Positions 27,059 to 34,274 of a DNA stretch of 47,909 nt are shown one piece after another. The notes beneath the pieces are model-generated. The model was not told where the DNA came from and ran no database searches. It saw only the letters and a list, made by a program, of their open reading frames with translations. The translations under genes were made by a program, and so were the position numbers. Source of the stretch: a virus; the UHGV virus genome UHGV-2125804, one strand, 5' to 3'. The stretch's first letter is position 1; the number at the start of each line of letters is the position of its first letter.

Positions 27059-27388
27059 ATGAAAATTATTTATGAGGTGCTTTATCCAGTAGGGTATGAA
27101 GAACACGAGGTTCCAGAGAATTTTCCGACATCTATACCATTTGTCGAAATTGAGCCTATTCAAAATTTAGAGAATCCTCAGTCTCAGTTTTTCAATTTTT
27201 TAAAGAACTGTTGGGAGGAAGTTCTAACTCAGAATTATGCGGAAAAGTTAGAGCTTCTTGAAAATTTAAGTAAAGGGTTAAAAGAAAAGACAGAAGAGCA
27301 AGCGAGTCAATTAACAGATACTCAGTTAGCGCTAGCAGAGGTATATGAGATGCTCGTGCCTGCTGATATGAAGGAGGCAAAACAATGA
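27059..27388 (+). CDS. hypothetical acidic protein
   Basis: RBS AGGAGGATACG. Confidence 0.4.
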   Translation: MKIIYEVLYPVGYEEHEVPENFPTSIPFVEIEPIQNLENPQSQFFNFLKNCWEEVLTQNYAEKLELLENLSKGLKEKTEEQASQLTDTQLALAEVYEMLVPADMKEAKQ

Positions 27389-27498
27389 TCAACATCTACG
27401 TGAATTTGATCCGGAAGGGATTGAAGACTATTGAAGAAGTTCCTAGAACAATCAGAAATGAAGTACAAGCAATCCTTGATGCAGAAACTGCGGATTAG
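27385..27498 (+). CDS. XkdX-like small protein (37 aa)
   Basis: MINIYVNLIRKGLKTIEEVP...; ATGA overlap with upstream stop; below the track cutoff. Confidence 0.45.
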   Translation: MINIYVNLIRKGLKTIEEVPRTIRNEVQAILDAETAD

Positions 27499-27535
27499 GA
27501 TTGCTATTTATTTGCTTAGAAAAGAGGTGAAAGTG

Positions 27536-27661
27536 ATGGCCGTTGTTTATGCAACCTTGATCATTAAGGGTAAAAAAACGATTGAACAAGTTCCTGGATT
27601 AATTCGTGAGCAAGTGAAAGAGATTCTAGTAGATATGGATTTGCCAGAACTAGCCGAGTAG
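27536..27661 (+). CDS. XkdX-like small protein (41 aa), tandem paralog
   Basis: MAVVYATLIIKGKKTIEQVPGLIREQVKEIL; RBS GAGGTGAAAG; track reports longer ORF 27431..27661. Confidence 0.45.
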   Translation: MAVVYATLIIKGKKTIEQVPGLIREQVKEILVDMDLPELAE

Positions 27662-27690
27662 CCAAATACGCAGGGAAAAGAAGTGATGAG

Positions 27691-27921
27691 ATGTCGGGGG
27701 AAGATGAAAAATGGTGGCGAGAGGTTTTGCAAAGATTAGCAACGATTGAGGCGAATACGAAAGGAATTGATGAGGTGGCGAGTAAAGCAAATAAAGCTCT
27801 GAATCTCTCGGAATCCAATCAGAAAAGCATTAGCAAAATGCAGGATAATATGACCTGGCTCTGGCGTTCTGTCGGAGCCTTGTTTATTGCGTATATCGTT
27901 AAGTTGCTTTTCAACATTTAA
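27691..27921 (+). CDS. XhlA-like lysis-associated membrane protein
   Basis: Coiled-coil N-terminus + C-terminal TM helix, directly upstream of holin. Confidence 0.5.
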   Translation: MSGEDEKWWREVLQRLATIEANTKGIDEVASKANKALNLSESNQKSISKMQDNMTWLWRSVGALFIAYIVKLLFNI

Positions 27922-27934
27922 GGAGGTGATGTGC

Positions 27935-28141
27935 ATGCAGAATAAGACATTTGATGTTTTAAAGAATGTTGCATTAATCGTGATTCCCGCTTTAGCAACG
28001 TTTATTGGTGTTGTTGGAAAAGCATTGGAATGGCAAAACACGGATATCACAGTAATTATTGTCACTGCGGTAGGGACGTTCTTGGGAACAGTTTTAGGTG
28101 TTTCTAATCGAACGTACAAAATGCTTTCGAAAGACGAATAG
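27935..28141 (+). CDS. holin
   Basis: 68 aa, two TM helices, charged C-terminus; AAGGAGGTGA RBS (track ORF begins at 27887). Confidence 0.6.
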   Translation: MQNKTFDVLKNVALIVIPALATFIGVVGKALEWQNTDITVIIVTAVGTFLGTVLGVSNRTYKMLSKDE

Positions 28142-28151
28142 GAGGAATGAA

Positions 28152-29261
28152 ATGAAAAAGAATAAGTTTGTGCTGAGCCTGGTTACGGCTCTTTTTTTAT
28201 TGCCAATTTTCCCAGGGAATGTGGATGCGGCGAAAGGTGATCAAGGGGTTGACTGGGCAATCTATCAGGGAGCACAAGGACAATTTGGTTATGCGCATGA
28301 TAAGTTCGCAATTGCTCAAATCGGTGGTTATAATGCTGGTGGTTTATACAACCAGTGGACTTATGAGAGTCAAGTGAACTCAGCTTTAGCTCAGGGAAAA
28401 CGTGCACACACATACATTTGGTATGATACATGGGGGAGCATGAGTATTGCGAAAACCACTATGGATTACTTTTTACCGAAAGTAAAAACACCTCGTGGTT
28501 CAATCGTGGCACTAGACTTTGAGCATGGAGCCAGTGGCAATAAACAAGCGAATACGGATACTATTTTATATGGTATGCGAAGGATTCGTGATGCTGGCTA
28601 TACGCCAATGTACTATAGTTACAAACCATTCACGTTGGCAAATGTATACTATCAGCAAATTCTAGCTGAGTTTCCTGACAGTTTGTGGATGGCCGCTTAT
28701 CCGAATTACAATGTTACACCATATCCAAACTATAACGTATTTCCTTCGATGGACGGTGTGGCTATCTATCAATTCACTTCCACATATGTTGGCGGCGGAT
28801 TGGATGGTAATGTCGATTTAACTGGAATTACCGATAACGGATACACAACACTGCCTGCTCCAAATCCATCTGAAGCAACAGATATCTACCGTGCTGGACA
28901 GAATTATTCTGTGATGGAAGTCGGAAACGGTAAAGGTCACGTTGATGGATTCGGCGCAATGGCTGGGAAAATTAAAGCAGAAGGATGGAGTACTCGTACT
29001 CACAAACATCAATATGCTTTTATTCTCGACCGGACAACGGGTAAAGAATTGAAACGTATCAAGTTGAAAGACTTGCCACGAGCGGATGCTGCAAAGGTAT
29101 ATAACCGCAATGATACTGCAGGCTTCCAGATTGAGTTCAATCAAAAGGATGTTTCAGGTCATTCAATCATTATTATGATTCGCAGCACAAACGATACCGA
29201 CGGAGACACAGACGGAGGATTCAATGATTTAACTGAAACTCGTTGGTATCTGGATGTATAA
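28152..29261 (+). CDS. endolysin, GH25 muramidase with N-terminal Sec signal peptide
   Basis: MKKNKFVLSLVTALFLLPIFPGNVDA/AKG signal; GVDWAIYQG and ALDFE GH25 motifs; AGGAGGAATGAA RBS (track ORF begins at 28098). Confidence 0.8.
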   Translation: MKKNKFVLSLVTALFLLPIFPGNVDAAKGDQGVDWAIYQGAQGQFGYAHDKFAIAQIGGYNAGGLYNQWTYESQVNSALAQGKRAHTYIWYDTWGSMSIAKTTMDYFLPKVKTPRGSIVALDFEHGASGNKQANTDTILYGMRRIRDAGYTPMYYSYKPFTLANVYYQQILAEFPDSLWMAAYPNYNVTPYPNYNVFPSMDGVAIYQFTSTYVGGGLDGNVDLTGITDNGYTTLPAPNPSEATDIYRAGQNYSVMEVGNGKGHVDGFGAMAGKIKAEGWSTRTHKHQYAFILDRTTGKELKRIKLKDLPRADAAKVYNRNDTAGFQIEFNQKDVSGHSIIIMIRSTNDTDGDTDGGFNDLTETRWYLDV

Positions 29262-29350
29262 TCTACAATGTATAAAATAATGTTTGCATCTAATTTTCTT
29301 TATAAGTTATACTAACTAACACTGGTGGCTGATACCAGTGTTAGAGACAT

Positions 29351-29391
29351 GCTGATCGACCACCCCCATGGTTGGATCAGCTTTTTGTTTT
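29351..29391 (+). terminator. intrinsic terminator of the late/lysis operon
   Basis: ~13-bp GCTGATCGACCA...TGGTTGGATCAGC stem followed by TTTTTGTTTT. Confidence 0.65.
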
Positions 29392-29440
29392 GGAGGCAAA
29401 ATGGTTGCTCTACAACTAACATACGAATACTATCTAAATA

Positions 29441-29505
29441 GGGATTCCTGATACAGCAAGGTTGAGAGAAAAACAGGATATGCTGTGGGGAAGTTCAGGA
29501 ATCCC
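29441..29505. repeat. extended inverted repeat upstream of tRNA
   Basis: GGGATTCCTGA...TCAGGAATCCC 11-bp perfect arms with nested ACAGCA/TGCTGT. Confidence 0.4.
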
Positions 29506-29552
29506 CATTTTATATTCTAACGCTTTGTATGTTTATCTACAAATGCTCTTTC

Positions 29553-29626
29553 GTACCCTTAGCTCAGTTGGTCAGAGCAGACGGCTCATAACCGTCCGGT
29601 CGTAGGTTCGAGTCCTACAGGGTACA
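29553..29626 (+). tRNA. tRNA-Met (anticodon CAT), no encoded CCA
   Basis: Cloverleaf: acceptor GTACCCT/AGGGTAC; D arm GCTC-AGTTGGTCA-GAGC; anticodon arm GACGG-CTCATAA-CCGTC; T arm GTAGG-TTCGAGT-CCTAC. Confidence 0.85.
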
Positions 29627-29632
29627 TAAAAA

Positions 29633-29655
29633 TACCTCCTCTTTAAGAGAAGGTA
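29633..29655 (-). terminator. terminator for the minus-strand Abi gene
   Basis: 9-bp imperfect stem ACCTCCTCT/AGAGAAGGT with U-run on the minus strand. Confidence 0.4.
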
Positions 29656-29668
29656 CGCAAATTATTAA

Positions 29669-30631
29669 TTATGGTTTGATCTTTTTTTTTAAATGCTTTT
29701 TAACTTTTTTCTTTTTTGGAAATGATTGAACTAAAGTATCTAAGTTTTTGAAACCTAGTTGCTGAGCAAGAGCGTCACTTGTAGCGATAGACTTTATCGG
29801 AGTATATATTTTGCCATAATTATAACTCGGATTAACAGATTTCATCATCTTTTGAAGTACACAGATTACAGCAGCTATTCTATCAGTATAGCGCCCATTT
29901 GGTCCCTTGAACTTAAATAGTATGTCCTTCCACTCATCAGCAATTAATGGTGTCGTATTTAACTTAATATCAATGATGTTCGAATTGTGTGCACAAATAT
30001 TTCTGACAAATTTCAGACATTTTAACCATGATAATAATTCTTTAGGCGTGCAACCATAAAAATCAGCTAGAAGATTTTGATTTTTTGTGGACATTAAGTC
30101 TATAAGATGAACGATGTCTACAAAAGTCAAAACATCGATTGTTAACCATATAGAGGGGTATTTTTCTTTATTGAGATTTTCGGTTTTTGAAATTTCTGGA
30201 TTTGAGGAGTTTAAAACTTTTGTTTTTAATCTTTTCTTGAAATCTTTTTGCCTATCTGCTAGATAATACTTGCAGTATTCGTCTCTGTTACACCAGTAAG
30301 GAAAGTTCAAATACTTGAAAGGGCCATTTTTACCTAGTATATATGCGACATTAGTTTTAATAGATACTTCTACTTCTTCAATACAATGAAGTAGGTATAC
30401 TCTCAAATTCTTATCTTGATAGTATCTACTAATTACTTGCTGAAAAGAGACTCCCTCATAAGAAATTTCTTTATTATTAACCTTTGATAAGGGGCGAGCA
30501 ACTTCTTTAATACGATAGTAACCTAATTGTGCCAATAATCTACTTGCATAATCTAGATTATTGACGTTCATTCCTCTTTCTTGAAAGAGTTTAGCTTGTT
30601 CAAGATAGGATAGAGGTCTTGGTTCATCCAT
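29669..30631 (-). CDS. Abi_2-family (AbiD/AbiF-like) abortive infection protein
   Basis: 320 aa; N-terminal LSYLEQAKLFQERGM...LAQLGYYRI matches the Abi_2 conserved N-terminal pattern; lies between tRNA and int. Confidence 0.6.
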   Translation of the reverse strand: MDEPRPLSYLEQAKLFQERGMNVNNLDYASRLLAQLGYYRIKEVARPLSKVNNKEISYEGVSFQQVISRYYQDKNLRVYLLHCIEEVEVSIKTNVAYILGKNGPFKYLNFPYWCNRDEYCKYYLADRQKDFKKRLKTKVLNSSNPEISKTENLNKEKYPSIWLTIDVLTFVDIVHLIDLMSTKNQNLLADFYGCTPKELLSWLKCLKFVRNICAHNSNIIDIKLNTTPLIADEWKDILFKFKGPNGRYTDRIAAVICVLQKMMKSVNPSYNYGKIYTPIKSIATSDALAQQLGFKNLDTLVQSFPKKKKVKKHLKKKIKP

Positions 30632-30656
30632 ACACTACTTCACACTCCTAGATAAT

Positions 30657-30704
30657 AAAAAAACCCTCACCACAGAACGTATCTGCCCATAAGGGAATGA
30701 GGGT
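30657..30704 (-). terminator. terminator/attenuator hairpin in the Abi leader
   Basis: Minus strand: ACCCUCA-(28 nt structured loop)-UGAGGGU followed by U7, about 25 nt upstream of the Abi RBS. Confidence 0.5.
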
Positions 30705-30722
30705 ATTGGCATATTCATCTAT

Positions 30723-30751
30723 AATATATCAAAAGAACTAAAAACAATCAA
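30723..30751 (-). promoter_or_regulatory. putative sigma-A promoter for Abi (TTGATT-17-TATATT)
   Basis: Hexamers on the minus strand with 17-nt spacer, upstream of the attenuator hairpin. Confidence 0.35.
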
Positions 30752-30854
30752 TTTAAATCTGGTAAATAATTATTAATTTAAGAACTAGATTTAAAAATAT
30801 CGATTTGAACGCTAGTCATGAGTCTTTCCTCAAATAATTACTGAATGAAAAATA

Positions 30855-31142
30855 TTAGATCACTATTTTATTCCCATCCATTTTAAAACCGAAAACAGGT
30901 ATTGATTCAGAGCCTCCCCAAATCTTCAGTAATCGTGGTTTATTGTTCATTAGTGCGATGTAGAAATCTTTCATAGATAGCGCAGGTTTCTTGTTTTCCC
31001 TGAACAAAACTAGATTGCTTTCTTTATCAATTTTTACAGTAGTGAAAGGAAGAAGATTGCCATTGTACATAGAATAAATCCCCTCATAATTATTATCAAA
31101 AACATTCGTTGATAATGCTGTTAACAAATCGCTTGCTCTCAT
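30855..31142 (-). CDS. hypothetical protein (95 aa)
   Basis: ORF in minus-strand operon. Confidence 0.45.
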   Translation of the reverse strand: MRASDLLTALSTNVFDNNYEGIYSMYNGNLLPFTTVKIDKESNLVLFRENKKPALSMKDFYIALMNNKPRLLKIWGGSESIPVFGFKMDGNKIVI

Positions 31143-31168
31143 TCAAAACAGCTCCTTTCAAAATACGG

Positions 31169-31381
31169 TTAGTCAATAAACCATTCAGTGTCATCATTTA
31201 TGCTTGTAGCATAATTTCGAATGTAGAAGTCATAATCGATAAATTTATTTGCTCTGCAACAATAGAAAGCAAAACATTTTTCTCCGACCTCAAAAATGCT
31301 ATTTGGTCCGAAATCCCACAATAAGTCTTGTAATGTAGAAAAAGGTATGTAGCCTTGTTCGTAGAGCAAAATAGGGTTCAT
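31169..31381 (-). CDS. hypothetical protein (70 aa)
   Basis: 4-nt overlap with the upstream YolD-like gene. Confidence 0.4.
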   Translation of the reverse strand: MNPILLYEQGYIPFSTLQDLLWDFGPNSIFEVGEKCFAFYCCRANKFIDYDFYIRNYATSINDDTEWFID

Positions 31382-31785
31382 TTCAGCTCACTCCATTTAT
31401 GCCAGTCGTACAACTCTACATGTCGTATTTCATCGTAATCTACTTTTTGATCATCAATGTAGATTCCTAATTCATCATAGCCTTTTATCATACCTACCAC
31501 ATCATCTAAATATTTACCTTCCAAATCTAGCTGTTCTAGCTGAATTGCGACAGGGCGTCTTTTTAAGCGAGCATGCTCTAGAACGTGTTGTATTTCGTGA
31601 GGGTACATCTGTGGCTTTTGTTCATTGACTCGTGATCGTTCAGCAACATCTTTTTGCATTGCTGCAGTGTGATCGGATAAAAAGAATCCTGTCAACCATT
31701 TCAACATGCCCCTATCCTCATAAACGCTTTTGGCCTCTAAAAAAAGCTTTTCTGCTGACTCATCATCATAAATCATAACCTTCAC
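31378..31785 (-). CDS. YolD-like protein
   Basis: DRGMLKW...HEIQHVLEHARLKRRPVAIQL...VDYDEI pattern as in the B. subtilis YolD family. Confidence 0.5.
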   Translation of the reverse strand: MKVMIYDDESAEKLFLEAKSVYEDRGMLKWLTGFFLSDHTAAMQKDVAERSRVNEQKPQMYPHEIQHVLEHARLKRRPVAIQLEQLDLEGKYLDDVVGMIKGYDELGIYIDDQKVDYDEIRHVELYDWHKWSELK

Positions 31786-31845
31786 CTCACCGATATTATA
31801 CGAACGTTTGTTCTGGTTTGTAAAGCGAACAGTTTCTTAAATCTG

Positions 31846-31879
31846 AAAAAAAGGGGCAAAAAAGGGGCAAATATTTGCC
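31846..31879 (-). terminator. terminator module (copy A of a duplicated element)
   Basis: Minus strand: GGCAAAUAUUUGCC hairpin followed by CCUUUUUUGCCCCUUUUUUU. Confidence 0.5.
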
Positions 31880-32015
31880 AATGTTGTCAAATAATCAGTA
31901 AGAAAGAGTGGGGGGAAGGTCGAAAAAACATTGATATGACAACAATTAGCAATATTTGTTTAGCGATAATCCAACTAAGTAGGATCCGGCATGTGTCTGA
32001 TATAAACCGCGTAAC

Positions 32016-32044
32016 AGCAAGCCTGAGAGCTTGCTTTTTTATTT
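32016..32044 (+). terminator. plus-strand terminator-like hairpin in the int-proximal island
   Basis: AGCAAGC-CTGAGA-GCTTGCT followed by TTTTTTATTT; no annotated plus-strand gene upstream. Confidence 0.4.
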
Positions 32045-32052
32045 GTCAAAAA

Positions 32053-32088
32053 CCAAAAGGGGCAGAAAAGGGGCAAAACTCATTTGCC
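32053..32088 (-). terminator. int terminator (copy B), overlapping the int stop codon
   Basis: Minus strand: GGCAAAUGAGUUUUGCC followed by CCUUUUCUGCCCCUUUU. Confidence 0.55.
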
Positions 32089-33216
32089 TTTAGCATTAAG
32101 CTTTTCAACAATACTAGCTTTTGTTTTCTTGGTTACATGAGTGTAGATTTTCATTGTTGTCTCCATGTCTGCATGACCTACGCGTTCCATGATTGCTTTT
32201 ACTGGTATGTTTAATTCAGCAAGTAGGGAGATGTGAGAGTGTCTAAAAATATGACTAGACATTTTCTTTTTGATAGCATCTTTACCAAGTTTGTCATTCA
32301 TAGCTTTTAGCGAATTGTTGAACGCATTGATTTGAATTGGTTTGCCAGTCTTGCCAACAAAGAGATAAGAAGTCTTTCCTTTAAATTTTAACTTATTCTC
32401 TAAAATCAATTCGTCAATTATTTCTATCGCTCGATTCGATAAATCAATTTCACGATATGATGCTAATGTTTTTGGCATCTCTTTTTTTGCATTCTTGTAT
32501 CCGTCCGAATAATCTAGAGTACCAATCACTTTTATAGTTTTGCTATTCGGATCGTAATCATCGATTGTAAGGCTTATAGCTTCGCCTGCACGCAGTCCAG
32601 TTAAATACATGAACTCAGCTAACCTTCCGTGATGGACGCTCTGAAACGTGCTGTAATAGACGTTCAATAGCTTGTTGATTTCTTCTTCTTCTAAATACTT
32701 ATCTTCCACTCTTTCATAAGTTTCTTTTGTTAAAGCTGGTTTAGGAACTTTCGCCCTGTTAATAGGATTAATTTTGATCATTTCCATATCCACTGCATAA
32801 TCAAGCGCCATTTTTAGCACACTTCGAAACTTCTTCTTATATTCGTAAGATTGAGGTAACTCATTTATGAAATCTTGATAAAATCTTGTGTCTGTATTTC
32901 GCACCACCGCAGCAGTGTTAATATTCTTTCGTATGTATTTCAAAAGCTTTTCATAATTAACTCGCGATGACTGACGAATAGAAACTTTGTGCTGATTCCA
33001 CCATATATCCAATAATTCTCCAAGCGTGATCTTGATTTGATTTTTTTCTTCGATCTTCTTATCGATTTTATCTTGAAGTTCACTGATTGCTTGTTTTTTT
33101 GCTTGATTAGATTTGCTGTTAAGAGTGACTGAAACTTTTCTGCTTTTTTCTGTGTATGGGTCAATGTATCGTTCAGAATATTTGTATTTCCCGTTCGGTA
33201 ATTCTTCAATCCACAT
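32080..33216 (-). CDS. int: site-specific tyrosine integrase
   Basis: 378 aa; C-terminal catalytic region with HIFRHSHISL...GHADMETTMKIYTHV (R..H..R..Y pattern). Confidence 0.9.
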   Translation of the reverse strand: MWIEELPNGKYKYSERYIDPYTEKSRKVSVTLNSKSNQAKKQAISELQDKIDKKIEEKNQIKITLGELLDIWWNQHKVSIRQSSRVNYEKLLKYIRKNINTAAVVRNTDTRFYQDFINELPQSYEYKKKFRSVLKMALDYAVDMEMIKINPINRAKVPKPALTKETYERVEDKYLEEEEINKLLNVYYSTFQSVHHGRLAEFMYLTGLRAGEAISLTIDDYDPNSKTIKVIGTLDYSDGYKNAKKEMPKTLASYREIDLSNRAIEIIDELILENKLKFKGKTSYLFVGKTGKPIQINAFNNSLKAMNDKLGKDAIKKKMSSHIFRHSHISLLAELNIPVKAIMERVGHADMETTMKIYTHVTKKTKASIVEKLNAKGK

Positions 33217-33302
33217 GTAAATTCAACTCCTTAAATGGAACGTATGTTCTTTTTTGGCGTTATTAAAGAAGCCCCTAAAGTGGGGCGTAGATGTAATTGA
33301 TG

Positions 33303-33608
33303 CTAAAACATTGAAATAAGAAACCATAAACACAAGAGTCCTATGGGCAACATGAATAAAAGGCAACCAATTTGAGAAATAGTTTCTCCAGTTTTTTCTA
33401 GTCGTTCTCCTGATTTTTGCATTCTTTGACTGCGTTGATATAATTTAGAATTAGCCAGTCTCGATTCATAATTATAAAAAATTCCGTGGATTTCATCGAT
33501 ATTAAACGCTATTCCGCATTTTGGACATTTTACCGTATTGAAAGTCAATATAAAATCATTTCCGCAAGACTCACACTTCATTTTTAATGTCTTTTTTTCT
33601 ATATCCAT
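33303..33608 (-). CDS. membrane-anchored zinc-ribbon protein
   Basis: CESCGN...CPKCG plus C-terminal TM helix. Confidence 0.5.
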   Translation of the reverse strand: MDIEKKTLKMKCESCGNDFILTFNTVKCPKCGIAFNIDEIHGIFYNYESRLANSKLYQRSQRMQKSGERLEKTGETISQIGCLLFMLPIGLLCLWFLISMF

Positions 33609-33626
33609 TTCTACCCCTCCGAATAA

Positions 33627-34184
33627 TTAACTAGGTAAATTATTGATCGCAAATTGTGCTTCGTCAGGCGTATACTTGTCGTGAATTAACTGATCGTACA
33701 AACCTTGATCAGAAAAAGAAGTAAAATCCAAGTAATCTTTAGCTGTTTGAAGGGCATTTTGGTTCCAATCAGCAGAAATATTATCAATTGCGTACTGCGC
33801 TGCATCTGCTGGGTATTCTTCAAATATTAACTGATCATATAAACCTTGCTTAGAAAATGCTGAGTAATCAAGATATGCCTCAGCAGCACCTAAAGCATTT
33901 CTTTGTTCTCTAGTAACTGAATTGTCTTGAACTTTGACTGGACTAGAACTTGATTCATATGGGGCCACTGATGAAGTTTCTTCTGTTTCTCCACCCACAT
34001 ATTCAATATCTGGGTCGGCGGTTAAATGATCATCGCCAGTGTTATCTTTAGCTTTTTCAAATTCGGAGTCAAAATCATAAGAAGATGAGCTTTCGTCCTT
34101 AATCGCTTCATCACTGTTAGATGAACAACCAGCAATTGTAAAACCAAGGGTAATCACAACTAAACCTAACAATATTTTTTTCAT
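33627..34184 (-). CDS. ltp: Ltp-family surface lipoprotein (superinfection exclusion)
   Basis: Lipobox LGFTIAGC; two tandem ~45-aa repeats A..YLD.S.FS.QGLYDQLI...Y..D.AQ.AI.N, typical of TP-J34 Ltp. Confidence 0.75.
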   Translation of the reverse strand: MKKILLGLVVITLGFTIAGCSSNSDEAIKDESSSSYDFDSEFEKAKDNTGDDHLTADPDIEYVGGETEETSSVAPYESSSSPVKVQDNSVTREQRNALGAAEAYLDYSAFSKQGLYDQLIFEEYPADAAQYAIDNISADWNQNALQTAKDYLDFTSFSDQGLYDQLIHDKYTPDEAQFAINNLPS

Positions 34185-34274
34185 TTATAACGCTCCTTTT
34201 CTGATATAATATGTTTGTACGACTCAGAAATGAGCAACCCTAGCCGAAGCGCCAACTTCGACTGGGGTATTTTT

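Noticed and set aside
27736-28119. 127-aa minus-strand ORF across XhlA and holin
   Set aside because: Antisense to two well-supported lysis genes with strong RBSs.
29553-29626. Interpreting the tRNA-Met as host DNA (window spanning a prophage boundary)
   Set aside because: The tRNA is flanked on both sides by phage modules (lysin to the left, int/cI to the right) with no host housekeeping genes. A phage-borne tRNA at the attP-proximal region is more parsimonious, though tandem prophages cannot be excluded.
31936-32214. 92-aa plus-strand ORF overlapping the int 3' end
   Set aside because: Its ATG lies 14 nt from the nearest purine-rich stretch. It runs antisense through the int terminator and coding end. 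The region is better explained as regulatory or attP.
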